The position numbers were made by a program, and so were the translations under genes. A stretch of 64,000 nucleotides of DNA from Parasitella parasitica NRRL 2501 (Eukaryota > Fungi > Mucoromycota), in NCBI GenBank assembly GCA_025201805.1, contig MU619339.1, positions 18,653 to 82,652 of the forward strand, read 5' to 3'. Under the pieces are notes generated by a model. The model was not told the DNA's origin and made no database searches. It was given only the letters and a program-made list of their open reading frames with translations. Shown piece by piece: positions 51,309-64,000 of this stretch; position 1 is the stretch's first letter; every line of letters begins with the position of its first letter.

Positions 51309-53161
51309 TTATTTACAGAATCTTTTTTTCAAAAGCTCTCTTTTCTGAGAAATTCGGGTTGCATCTAAATTATGAAACGAGTGCTCGGGAGAGAATACAT
51401 TCTGCAGGATAAATGTTAGAAACAGGGCACAAGAAAACTGCAACAAACTCAAAAGACTTACATTCATAAACTGGTGGCAGTCGATCAGTCTTCTTGGCAT
51501 ATTCTGCAAAATTTGAAATATTTCAATTGGATCTTGCAAGGTGGAGATCTTTTCGCTGTTCATTTTCATGATGGTCAAAGCGGTTTGGAACATGACTGAG
51601 TAGCCTTCACTATTTGTTTGTTAGAACACCGAATGCTGCCATAACGATAAATAACACTTACACAAAGACACAATCCCATATACGGAGCACTGTCTAAAAC
51701 AAAGGGATAATATAATAATTTAGCCAATTGTCAAAATGTCTCAATTGTATACTCATTTACCTCGATTGGCAAGATGTTGATGAACATGGTCAAAAACCAA
51801 TGGTTTGTTACGAGCGTAATTGGTGGCAGCCCCTTGCTGATTGTGTTGGAATCCTGCCAAAAACAACCAGACGAGGATGAAATCTTGTTGTAAATCTCGG
51901 GCATGTGCTCGTGGGCCAGCATCATCAGCACCGATTGATCTATATTGGCGCCCTCCATTGTAACGTCGTACATGTTTTCCGGCAAGTAATCGTGAACTGT
52001 GGTGACCAGCATCCAGAACGCATCTTGCTCAGTCTTGCAAAATAGCAGAAAGAAGCCAGCTAAATAGTTGAGCGACTGACAGTATCCAATCTGGGGTGAA
52101 TGAAGACTGAATGCTAGCAGGATACGGCGGAGCGACTGCAGCTTGGGATTGCTTTCGGTCTCGAGTATGCTGTTGTTGCCGACACAAGCAAAGTACTGAT
52201 TATCGGGAAAGGTGCGATGGAGATCTTCAAGACGAGTCAGATACATGATGATATCCATGTAGCTTGATCAAGAATATGGCTATTTACCTCTTTGAATAAT
52301 CTCTGCATACTCGTTGTGGTCTCCCATTTGCATGGCGGTTTGAACCAAGGCTTGATATAGCTCTGGATTCGCTTCCATTTTAGATTTGGCTCCACTATAA
52401 TGCAACCAGGCCTGTGTGATGTATATCTGTTAGTCCCATGTACACAAATGCAGTCGGCTCGTAAACATACCTCACTTCTGAATTCGCTTGGTATGCCTTG
52501 ACGAACATTTTTCTTTACTATACGGCAGAATCAGCAACTAAGATCAGTACAAATATTTGTATGTAACCTACATTTTATTGAATCAGCAGCCGGCCATGCA
52601 TTTCGGGTCATTGCCTTCCACTTTAGCAGCTGTCTGTCTAGAATTGGTTGGTAGTAAGCGTCGAATTGGTGCAAGTGTTCCAACTTGACCCATTGTGTAG
52701 GTCGTTTAAAGCCGTACGAGTCTCTGCAAAATTAAATGTTTAAATTAAAAGCCGTACATTTGGTTATATTAGGAAATTATTTACCTTTCTATGCTAACAG
52801 AACAATTGTCATTGTCGTGTTGTTTTTCGTCTCGATCCTGAAAGAAATACTCGTTTTCGATATTTAAATAGTAAGGATTCAGGCGCCATGGCTCATCTTT
52901 GTGGCTGCAGCTGGATTCGATGGTGGATGAAGAGGCGGACGGAATGGGCGTAAAATCATCGTCATCGTCATGGTCGTCCTGATCCGATATGCTGCTACTC
53001 CCAAAGGTGCTCACGGTCATTTCGGATAGCGATCTGTTCATCACATTGTATGGCTGCACCTGTGCTGTCGGTTCCTGGGTATCTTTTGTGTGAGCCTTTC
53101 TTTTGAAAATGTGATTTGCTGACAGCGAAATGTACTGAATGAAGCTATTTTGCTCTTTCAT
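51309..53161 (-). CDS. TBC-domain Rab GTPase-activating protein (MSB3/GYP3-like), multi-exon
   Basis: RDSYGF, VRQGIPSEFRSEAWLHYSGA, Arg finger IQRDLHRTFPDN, Gln finger GYCQSLNYLAG, WFLTMFINILP and VLRIWD. Confidence 0.9.
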
Positions 53162-53520
53162 TTTTGTTTTGGATAAAGAACAAAAAGGTAAAGAAAGAGA
53201 ATCTATTTCCATTTGGCATTATTATAATAATAACATCAAGGGGGGTGAGGATTGGAAGGGGTCGCAAAAAAAAAAGGAGACAAGAATACGGATTGGTTTT
53301 CACCATTTTCACCAGCTCAATTTCTTTGACTTCACCATCAAAGGGAGTCAATGAAGTAGCGTTATTGGTGATTTCATATAAGTACATGACGATGAATTGT
53401 CATCCCCTGTCCGTATGGTGATAGTCCATCAGATCTGCCTCCCCCCCCTCCTATAACGTCTGCCTATTGTTTGTTTGCAATAAATATCCACACTGGACAG
53501 CATTCAAATATCCTCGCTGT

Positions 53521-53544
53521 GGGCGTTGGGCGGTGGGCGGTGGG
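53521..53544 (+). other. Canonical G-quadruplex-forming motif (GGGN4)3GGG / 7-bp repeat
   Basis: gggcgttgggcggtgggcggtggg seen directly, about 360 bp upstream of the TBC gene start. Confidence 0.6.
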
Positions 53545-54536
53545 CGGTGGAAATGTAGAATAAGCATGTTACGCAAGCTTGATGTGATAATCAATTTATT
53601 ACAATAAAATGACAATTAAAATGCATTCAGACAAGTGATTGCTGCCAATAACAACAACAAACGCTGCATTTTTTTCCTTTTCAGGAGCACGCAAAAGCAT
53701 GCGTTAGTTCGTGCTACGTAAACATGCGTAAGCTTGATCTGATTATTGTTGTTTTCAATTAGTGCAAGGCGCTAATATATCATGATGGCAGTAATTAGAG
53801 CAACTAGCCATACTAAAGAAGATAGTGTACAGGCTAATCCAAATACATGTAAAAAAGCTCCTTTCATTGATCGACAAAAGCCGTCGCTCAGTTTAATTGA
53901 CGCGTTTCGAGTGATGCATACGACGCTTTGCCTTGCCGTAATATACCCTGGATGTTAATGCATCATCCAATTACACTATCGGCGAGGGACTTTAGATTGC
54001 TCATTTAGCTGTGCCTGACGCATAGATGATACATATAAGGACGCCTTGTCATCATGACATGATACAATGCCACTTTTTGCAAAAAAAAAAAACCCCTCTC
54101 CTTGATTACACCAAGACATCAGGCACAAAAGCCCTTGTTTTTGGGTGAAACCGCATGAATTTCCATATCACGCTAGGAAAAAAGGCGTTATGCCACGGCA
54201 TGGTTTACTTGATATACCAATATTACGCTCATGCTTCATTATATGCGGCACCGGATATCGCAGCATTGACTCACAGAAGCATAATTGTAAAACCCGCTAG
54301 CTGAAGAGTTGTGATGATATGTCTTTACAGCCTATCTTTTTGCAAACAAATGACGCCTTTAACGATTGAGTGATACGAAAGCAGTGCAACAATATGATTG
54401 CGTTGCTGCATTGATTGTATACGATGTACATCGTGGGTAGAATTTAGGCAGGCGCACAGACTCTTTGTTTTCACTGAAATTGATTAAAGTAGCCTGATGA
54501 GGAAGGACCGCGTCTGATTGTGCAAAGATCTCTAGT

Positions 54537-55791
54537 TTATTTGTTCTTTGGTACTTCTAAAACGTGTCCTGGCATCACATATTTATACTCATTGTTATCG
54601 TCCTCAAATTGAACTTTATAATTGCCAGAATAGCCATGATCTTTATTCTAAGACCACACATGAGTTATCATTATAAGAATAATAATTAATATAAAAAAAA
54701 AGAAATACTTACTTTGGATGGCGGTGCTGCCACTTTGGCTCTGTAGAAACACGTTGTTCCAGGATAAAGCGCCAAGACGTCTTGGCCCGTACTGATTTCA
54801 GATAGCCCTTTGGCTTCATCGACATTGGGGATAGGGATCACATTTCGCGGCTGCAACATGTAGCGTCTATACATAATTTATAGTGTATGGCATGAGATTA
54901 GGTGTAATGCAACCCCTATAGTACTTACTGCTTTTGGCCAAACTCATCCTGGTCTACGTCCTCAACTTCGTATCTACCCATATGCTTAGAATGGGAAAAA
55001 GCCAATTGCACGCTTGCTATATGCTATATATACCTGTTTTTATCACTGTGATAGCTGATCACAACGGCAAGAATCCACTCCTCATTCTTGTCTTTTTGTT
55101 TTGGCTGTTTTGCAGCAACAGACGTGCCATGCGTCAATATATGATGTCTAAAAGATGCAAAGATGAATATAGCCAACACGGCAAAGCGGCCTGTACGTAC
55201 GCTTTGGACTTTTTCGACGACACCGTGGAATTGCCCAAGGGAGAGGAATCGTCGTCTGCTTTTCTCTTCTTTCTCTTTCCATCGATCACTTACGGGTTGG
55301 CTTGTTAATGGCACGACGCTTAAATACCATATAAGTTAAACCAAACTCACCATGATTATACTCTGACGCATCTCTTAATGCGATCAAAACAGACACTTTT
55401 TCTATAATGTCATGAATGATTCTACAGCACGGTTAGCACGCTTCCGAATGTTGCCTGCAAGCTACCACATACTTGGATTCGCTGTTTGACAAGTCGATGC
55501 CACCCCGGTAGAAGTCTATCAGCTTGTTGCTAATAACAGTCGGTATACCTGTTGCAAAAAAAAAAAAAGCTTCAATTTCCCATAAATTAGATGCACATTT
55601 TTCCCGTCTTGTGTACCTTGCTCCATATTCACAGCTGCATGAATCTGGTTGATTCCAGTGACAACGCCTGCTGCGTCCTTTTGAACGTGCTCCAGCTTTG
55701 CAAGTGCAACGCAAATCTGCTTCCACAAATTAACTTCTTCATTTGTATCGTCCAAGTTGGCTGAGCGAGATGTACGTGATTTACGATCCAT
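54537..55791 (-). CDS. SGF29: SAGA-associated factor 29 (tandem Tudor), multi-exon
   Basis: N-terminal coiled coil, then GTSVAAK..EEWILAVV, YEVEDVD, VLALYPGTTCFYRAKV and YKVQFEDD Tudor signatures. Confidence 0.92.
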
Positions 55792-57214
55792 GGTTTTGTG
55801 TGCAATAAGAGGATAAACGGGTATACGGAACTTGCAAGAGTAGCGAGAGATGAAAGAGCAAAAAACGTAGGCTTGTGTTTGAAAATATAATGATAAAACG
55901 ATATCTATGTATGGTATACAATAGTCTAGAGAGGGAGATGTGCTGCTCTATTGTCCTGTATATATTGAGATAAAAACCGAAAAATAAAAAAAAAAAAAGC
56001 TAAGCTGTCCAAGTCGAAAAAGTTTGCTGTGCACACAAAGTCAGCGCAAGTGGGCCCGTCGCTAGCACATGCTTTTCATGCCGCAGGGTATTTTCTTATA
56101 GCATTCAGCAGATCAAAACACCGCTACATCTAGCAAACTGTCATTTCGATTGCAATATATATTATTAGCATAGGATATTAAAATCTAAAATTACATTTGA
56201 TTTAGATTTGGAACAAAATAATGCCAAGCGATGACTCTGAAACAAGCAAATCAGGACACCAATACCTCTAGGGAAGCTCAACGAAATATAATATAATGGA
56301 TAACCGCTACATGGCCAACAAGCAAAGCTATTTTTGGAATGGAGACATTGCAAAAACTAAAATACCCGGAAAATTATTGTTCACATTTGCACAATGAAAA
56401 AGGGCCGTTGTTTCCCAGGGAACCAGGAAATAATGACGAACCTGTCATTTGGCTGTTGCTCTTTTAATTATTCCGAGAAAACAGTAAAAAAGTTGCTGCT
56501 CGCTGTTGTTGTTCTTTGTTGTTGTTGTGATGCTGTGATGTTGTGATGTGTCACTTTTTTTCTTTTTTTCCTTGCATGATTTTGGGCAAATCAAAATTTA
56601 AACTTACATTATGGTTTCATTGCAGAAAGGTTAAAGCACTTTTTTTGTTATCATAATGAAACATGCCATTTGTCTGAATATATTGTACATCGATCAATTG
56701 ATACTATAGCTAGCCTATATATACATTTCACACCAAACCATAAACTGACAATTTCTATAAATATCGTTCGATGATGGTTAGTATTTTTCAAACGGAATTT
56801 CTGCCATTGATTTCTACATGTCTTCATATACAACACGTGCCGTCATGTTTTGAGATTGGACAAAGAAAATCACAACAACAAAAATTGAGGGGAGCAGGAG
56901 GGGCAGTGGGGGGGGGGGCATGATGGATGTTTGAAAAGGGAGATGTTCATTGACATTGCCTTAAAACTCCTTTTTTTTTTTTTGTTTGACCTATATTTAT
57001 TTACTCGAAAGTTTGACCACCGCGATATCCTGTATTATATTTTAGTGCACGAGGGGAGAATTCACAAACCTAATAATACAATCAAATGAATAGAAAAACA
57101 CATATAAATACAATCGACATTTCCCGCAATTCATTCCCTTTCGTTTTTTTTTTTTCTCTCTTCCAACACTTTTTTTTCATTTACACAATAAAGCGGAAAT
57201 TATTCTTTGTAAAC

Positions 57215-59103
57215 ATGAAATCTCTCGCTTTTGTCGCTTTTGCACTTTTGGCTGCTGTTGATGCTGCCAATGTTAACTTCAAGGTCATTGCTCCCAATGC
57301 CTCAAAGCAAGTCCAAGTCAACGTTGGTGGTACTTTGACTACCTTGAAGGCTGCTGATCCCGATGTTCCTTTCTACACTGGCTCTGCTGATTTACCCGAT
57401 AACAAGACATACAAGGTAAGAATAGACATAGCATTTAATTCTCCTCAGATGAACTGACATGTGTACAATAGTACGTTGTCGATGGCAAGACCGAAAGTTT
57501 TGATCGTACTTTTGCTGGTGGTGATTCCACCAAGAACGAATTCTACGAACGTCAAGTTACCTATGCTACCAACATTCCCGAATTACCCAGCATTCTTTCA
57601 GAGGGCGCTTGGAGCCGTGGCTCTACCTCTGATCCCATCTGGGATTCCAACTATATTCCCTCCATCTTTGTTACTGCCGACGAGGATGACATGGAGGATT
57701 TGATTGAGGATGTCTCCAAATCTACATACAAGGCCAAGATTACCTTTATCGGTCCCGACTCTGTAAAGTCTATCGAGGTGAGTTTAATATATCGGAATGC
57801 TTCAGAATGTTTAAACTAACATGCCCCACTCAAACAACAGAACTGTGTCATTGGTCTCCACAAGCCTGGCCGTAAGCACAACGATGCCAAGCAGACCTGG
57901 GTTTGGACCCTTCCTGAAGGCACCTTCTATGCCGACCGCAACTGGTTCAAGATCAGACACATGGAGGAAGATCCCACTCAAATGCGTGAAAAGCTCTATG
58001 CTGACATTGCCCGCAACATGGGTACATATGCCAATGAGGCCAACATGATCCGCTTCTTCGTCAACAAGGAGGGTATGGGTACTTTCAACATGCTTGATGA
58101 TGTTATCATGTATTCCTACATCAACGCCATGTTCTACGGTGGCGATGCCCCTGATCAAATGGGTCCTCTCTTTGATGGTGGCTCTGGTGCTGACTTCAAC
58201 CCTTCCACTGGCTACGATAGCTTTATTGCTAACGTCGAGTCTCCTCTTGGAACTGACGCTATTGCTCCTTTTGCCAAGGCCATTGCTGCCGTTGATTTCT
58301 CCAAAGACGAAGAGGTCAAAGCCATTGCCGAATACTTTGACTACGACCAATTCCTCCGTTTCATGGTCATGGAGTTCCTCACAGGTTCTTGGGATGGCTA
58401 CTGGCAAGAGCAGACCAACGATGGTGCCTACATTGACACCAAGGAGAACAAGCTCTACTACCTCGCTCAAGATTTCGATGCTACTTTCGGTGTCAATCTT
58501 CCTTTCGAAAAGGACTTTGTCTCGCTCTCATACGGTTCTTGGGTTAAGAAGTTCCCTAAGGCCTACTTGATCAACAAGTTCCTCTCCAACCCCTCCGTCA
58601 ATGCCACCTTCCAGGGTTACTTGAGCACCGCTGTCGAGAACATCTTTAACATGGACGTCCTCAAGTCCTATGTCGAAGCTCGCCACAACTTTATCTACCC
58701 TGATCTCAAGTGGGATCGTTCCATCAAGCAAAGATCTCCTGGCAACATCTTTGGCTGGACTGCCCAACAGACTACCGACAACTTATACAAGGCCGTTACT
58801 GCTCCCGGACCCAACGCTGCTTCCACTGGTGGTGCCCAATATGGTCTCCTTGAATGGATTGAGTTGAAAGAAAAGTCTCTCAGATCCCAACTCAAGTCCT
58901 CTACCAAGCAAGCTAGCACTTCTTCTGCCCCTGCACAAGCTTCTGCTGCCTCTGCCGACGATTCCAAGATTGCTGCTGCTTCTGTCAAGGAGGCTGCTGC
59001 TGCTGCTGCCCATGAAGAGATCTTCACCTCTGCTGCTGGTAAGGCTCTTCCTCAAGTTTTGTCTGCCATTGCTGTTGTCGGTGCCGCTGCTGCTCTTCTT
59101 TAG
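57215..59103 (+). CDS. CotH-family spore coat/invasin protein (signal peptide, CotH kinase-like domain, GPI anchor), 3 exons
   Basis: MKSLAFVAFALLAAV signal peptide; AKQTW, KIRHMEEDPTQMREKL, WDGYWQEQTNDGAY, LAQDFD and LKWDRSI motifs; Ser/Ala stalk and hydrophobic C-terminus. Confidence 0.92.
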
Positions 59104-62100
59104 ATTGCATATACACAATTTTCATTCGTCTTTCTTTTTTTTTTACCTTCTTGGTCGCATGTATAAATTTCAATTGTTTGATGTAATAGACTATTCTAAT
59201 TTATATTTATCCCCCTTTTCCCCCTCCCCTTACATCCTCTCTCAAGTTTACAAAATATACAAAATAATATGTGATACACTAATAAAATTTAAAAATACAT
59301 ATTTACAATCCATTTTTGACAGATTCATGCTTTCTAATTTGTGATACATTCTGTGCTACCCTTGTCAGACGATTACGAGCGCACAGACGCAAACGATATC
59401 ATATAGTAGTATAATGACTACATAACATGGTATCTATGTAACTATATGTCATAAATAAATGAAAAAAGCTGAAATGAAATCGTTATGTAAGAAAACATAT
59501 ACTGCGAATATTAATCTTTGTAGATGTTATTCTCCCAGTTTGTTCCTCCCTCACGCCCCCCCGCCCTTCTCCTTTCAGAGACCCCTTGTTTTGTTACTCT
59601 TTTGAATCACCCCCGTTTCTGACAAGTAGATCAATCAGAAACATAACAACTCATGTTTAATTGCTATTTTCTCATGTTGCATGTTATATTTTCAAAACAA
59701 AATCCAGGCCTTATCTCTAATAAATAAAGATCGTCTGTTATCTTTAATAAATGTACATTATTGATCTCTGTCTAGATTCCCCTCCCCCCAGACCATTTTA
59801 TCTGCCTCCCTATTTTTTTTTTTTTTTTTTTATTCTAGTTGATCCAGCAACTTGTTTAATATAAGGAGACGTGGCAAATCAATCAGCACGCGTGTTTTTA
59901 CATATCTCTGCTATGATATTCTCTACAATGTATATACTCCTAAAAGTTCTTGACTGGGAGAGCCTTACATGTTTGCATGACAGTATACGCATTTGAGCAC
60001 TTTTTTGATACCAGATGGTTTCATGTAGATAATATGCATGCTCCCTCAGGAGATGCTTGTATGGTCTCTGGTTTGTTCAATGTAAATTTGCCTTTTATAT
60101 CAATATTAGCTGTACATCAACAAGTAGACAGATTATTCAGCTTAAGGCTTGACTTTATGAAATGAAGCCCTGCTTTACAGATGCCATCTATAGCTATTCT
60201 GATTTCCTTGCCTTCTTTGTTTCATGACTAATAATAACAAGCTCTTGCCAATACATTCTCATCAACTTGTCAGCCCATTTTCATATCATCTTTCGACCCA
60301 TTATTATCAAATTTAGCATTTTCAATAACAGAGATGGTTTTATTGGAATGGTAGTGAGATTCTTTCCAGGTCAATTTTTTTATCAATAAATAAGATCATA
60401 TTCTTGGGGGGAGGGAAGAAAAAAAAAAGAAAAAGAAAAACTAGGGAAATCGTTCGAGTCGTTCATTTTGCGTACATTAGAGTTTTTATGACATTCTTAA
60501 GCTTTAATTTAGGTTAATTTGGGCATCTCCAACGTATAGAAATGATCTTTCTACATTAGTTCTAATATTTGATATATGTTTCAATGATGCTGTATTCTCA
60601 CTTATTTATTAAGCATGTTAACATTGCCAAGAATCCGTAAGTAGCCTTGTGCCTATCGAAATTCCTTTTGGATTTAAGAGTATTGCCATATATGCACCGT
60701 AGATCTCAATTTTGAAGATTTAATCTCGGCTTGGTCACTACTGTATCATTCCTGGTTAATCTAAACCATCTCAGAAAAGCTCCCAAATGCAACACGGAAG
60801 AGTGTTTCAATTATTGAATTCCCTACTGCTACTACGACTACCACAACTACAAAACAATTCCAACTCAGCTTACTGCTGTTTCGCCTTTGGGAATTTGGGG
60901 TCCTTGAGACATCCAGATGTACCTTTTCTGTCCTTTTCTTCAATTATTTCAAAATAATACATATTAACTATGCGTAGCTTAATAATTAATAACTGCACAA
61001 ATTTTAATGCTGGTTTCAATGGTATTATTTTCAAGTAACTTTTCTTTTCAAAATCTTTCACAAACCGCGATGTTTAAAAAGCAGTTTTTACGCAGAAAGT
61101 CTATTTTCCTAATAAATAAGACCAACTTGGACGCTTTTTATATGAAAACTACGTTAATTTTGAGTATTTTTGAGTTAGGAACGCTGTGCTAAAAATTGTG
61201 TTTTTTCATTGTTAAATGCTTGAGAAAGATTTTCCGATGAAATTCCCCTTATAGTAGCAGGGGCTCCAAAAACTAAGAAAAAAAAAGCGTCTTGAAATGT
61301 TGTAAAAATAATATTACAAGTGATAATAATGCAACTGAAGATTTAGTTTCGGACAGACTGGAGGTTCAGAAACAACTCTAAAAGTGCCAATAAAATTGTT
61401 GAAAGGTTGTAATTTTGCAAAACTACGACGAATACATGGCTTAAATGTATTGTTAGTCCCATATTTAGTTTATTGACGTAGCACTCACATGCTACAACAG
61501 TTATATGACATAAATCATAGTCAACCAGACTTTTTTTCGGTTGGTATCGTATAATAAATACAATGTACTGTACACAAAATGTTTATGTGTAGGTCTTTTT
61601 CGCTGAAACATACGGTATACGCACAGATATAAATCTTAATTTTAAAGCCATTTTTCCCTGTATATAAATTCAACTTGAAATCCTAAGAAATAAAATATAC
61701 TTTGCATTGGTCTTACCGTATATCTTGGTATTTAGTTGGAAACTAAAGTAGACTTAGTGTACAATATTACACAAAAATAAAATTGACCAAATAAAAATGC
61801 CAAAACTAGTATAATTATAATCTAACTATTGGTTGACATGTGAGTCAAACTCACAACCTAAGCCATTGTGCATAATTGTTTATTAAGCTGTCAAATCCAT
61901 TCAATGATAAAATAACACAGCCATTGAAGAAAAAAAACGGACAATAGTTGTAATGTATAAATCAGCCAACTGTGTATCTGTATATAAAGGCTATTTTGTA
62001 ATAAAGAAAATGGCAAATTCCACCATTACACCGGAGATGCCGTATCAAACAATCATAATGGTAAAAAGATAACGATATTTTTTTTCTACTCCGGCTATAT

Positions 62101-62173
62101 ATAGAGAGCAGCTTGTCTTTGCCATCTCTTCGCTTTTTCCTGTCGTTTATTCTTTTGTCGTATACCAATATTA

Positions 62174-64000
62174 ATGTCTAATTTGTATCTAGAAAAATTG
62201 AATCAAAAGGCAGTTCATATCAATGGGGTCACCAGAAAATTCTTTGGTCAACAAGTACCAGATTACATCCACACATTACCCAGTATTAAGAAGGATGCCA
62301 TCCGGTGGACATGCAACATTCTGTATTTTGGAGTGGGATTAATGTACAATTGGGCAGTCAGTGCTGTTTTGCGTCAAATGCCAAACATGCACGAGTTTCC
62401 TTCGAACGTTGCAGGCATGATTGTTCTGTTCTTTTTGCTCATGTGCTCACATACGGCGTTCCCAAAGTTTACTGATAAACTCGTGCTATTTATCGATCCG
62501 TATTCATCCTTTGCGCTGCGAAGTATGAACATCATGTTTGTCCCGGCCGTTGTGGGAATCGTCAACAATCCACCGACTACTGGAAACGAAGTGGGTAGAA
62601 TGATTTGTGTTTTCAGTAAGTTTCGCTGTCTCTGATCTCAATCATATTCCTAATGTTTGATTTCTCTTAAAGTTGTTGCGTACGTAGTTGGATTTGTGCT
62701 ATGTACATTTATAGTGCGTGGTCTAAGGATCATTATCTTTGCCCCTTTTATATCCAAACTCAAAAAACAGAAACTTGATTATGATACATCAACAACGCCG
62801 AACGTGGGTCGCAAAGAGAAAATTGAAATGCATAAGAATAGAACATTAGACGAAGAAGAAGTCTATGTCAATACACCAACCAATGCTCATTTGAATAGAG
62901 TTTCGTCCGTAACCACCTTTGATACTACAATTCGACCTCTTTCAGATGATGATGCAGCTTCTTGTGTAAGCACTTTGAACCATTATCCATCGGCTGTCTC
63001 TTGCAGAGGAGAGAATAGTGCGCAAACTACAGAGACAACAGCAGCCGATTGCTCCTCGTCCAACAACAACAACGCCTTCTACGAGCCATTCAATTCTACA
63101 AGACCAAAGAAACATGGGCCTCTGCACTCTTTTGCTATTTGGTGCATGGAACAGTCAACATTTGACGATCTTACGCTATTTATCATTTTCTGTCTGTGCG
63201 CTTTTATTTTTTTGCCTCTTCCAGAAGACAATCTAGCTACGCCCTTTTTCAGATTGTTCCTGTATTTTACCATGACAATACTGCTTTATTCAGCAGCCTG
63301 TCGTTTGCCGCCTCAGATAAGGATAGTCGTCCATCCCATTATCTTGTGCTCGGCTTGCACAATGGCTGGTATCGCGTATTTCGAACGAGTCAAAGGATTT
63401 GACATCAAGCATGGCGTTAACCTCTACAAGACTGGCATCACCTTTATATCTCTTGTTGAAAAAACGAATGTGGGTTGGCCAGGTGGTGGTGATATTTTGG
63501 GTGCAGCGATGGATGTGGCCATTATCTCTTTGGCCTTCAATGTGTACAAAAGCAGACCAAACTCGCTGCGCGAGGTAAGTTCTCTCGTATGGTTATCGTC
63601 CTAATTTATCACTGTTAACAAGACAAATTAATGCTTGTGTAGTGGATCATCGTCTTTTCCTCGATTGCACCTATGGCATTTTTAATTATGTTTGTTACCC
63701 CTTTGTTTGCTCATGGTATCGGATGTTCGCCAGCTGATAGCCTGGTCTGGGCTTCCAGATCAGTTACCACGGCGATTGGTATCGTAATTGGCAATGTACT
63801 TGGTGCTGATGGAAGTGTGGTAACTTGTATAATTGTGTTTACTGGTATCATGGGGCCCATATGTGGCCCTTACTTGTTTAAACTTGCTCGAGTTAGAGAT
63901 GGTATTTATATAAGATTCTTTTTGGATTATATGGCATCCACTAACCGAATTCGTACGTTTTTCAGATGATTATATGACAATTGGCATCACAATGGGCTGC
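62174..64000 (+). CDS. LrgA-LrgB fusion membrane transporter (PLGG1-like), runs off the window end
   Basis: FPSNVAGMIVLFFLL..MNIMFVPAVVGI (LrgA/CidA-like), HPIILCS, PGGGDIL..AIISLA and SRSVTTAIG..TGIMG (LrgB-like). Confidence 0.85.

Noticed and set aside
57811-59118. Long antisense and alternate-frame ORFs over CotH
   Set aside because: Explained by strong codon bias of the sense gene; no recognisable motifs.
60100-60990. Protein-like minus-strand fragments (e.g. EEKDRKGTSGCLKDPKFPKAKQQ)
   Set aside because: Too short and stop-ridden to assign; possibly old pseudogene debris.
1-64000. tRNA/rRNA genes
   Set aside because: No cloverleaf or rRNA-like sequence recognised by eye; tRNAscan-SE or Infernal would be needed to exclude them.

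Overview
Eukaryotic, intron-rich, AT-rich fungal DNA, almost certainly Mucorales: short ~50-70 nt GT-AG introns, a GPI-anchored CotH gene and an LrgAB fusion gene. About 20 spliced genes can be reconstructed: COQ3, CaM kinase, VPS37, an ATG11-like scaffold, mL54, kynurenine formamidase, POP3/RPP38, a Rho4-like GTPase, symplekin/PTA1, a BOI-like SH3-SAM-PH-CH protein, ENT3 epsin, NKAP, SLA1, a RING protein, cysteine dioxygenase, an unknown helical protein, a TBC Rab-GAP, SGF29, CotH and LrgAB. A repeat-rich accessory island at ~35-50 kb holds LINE, Tc1/IS630 and probably DIRS debris. The most notable item in it is an intact 9-exon PD-(D/E)xK restriction-endonuclease-fold gene (42132..44359, -) with a near-perfect 350-bp A-B-A-B-A tandem array directly upstream, plus a probable decayed relative nearby. 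All family assignments come from motif recognition by eye; no database search was run.
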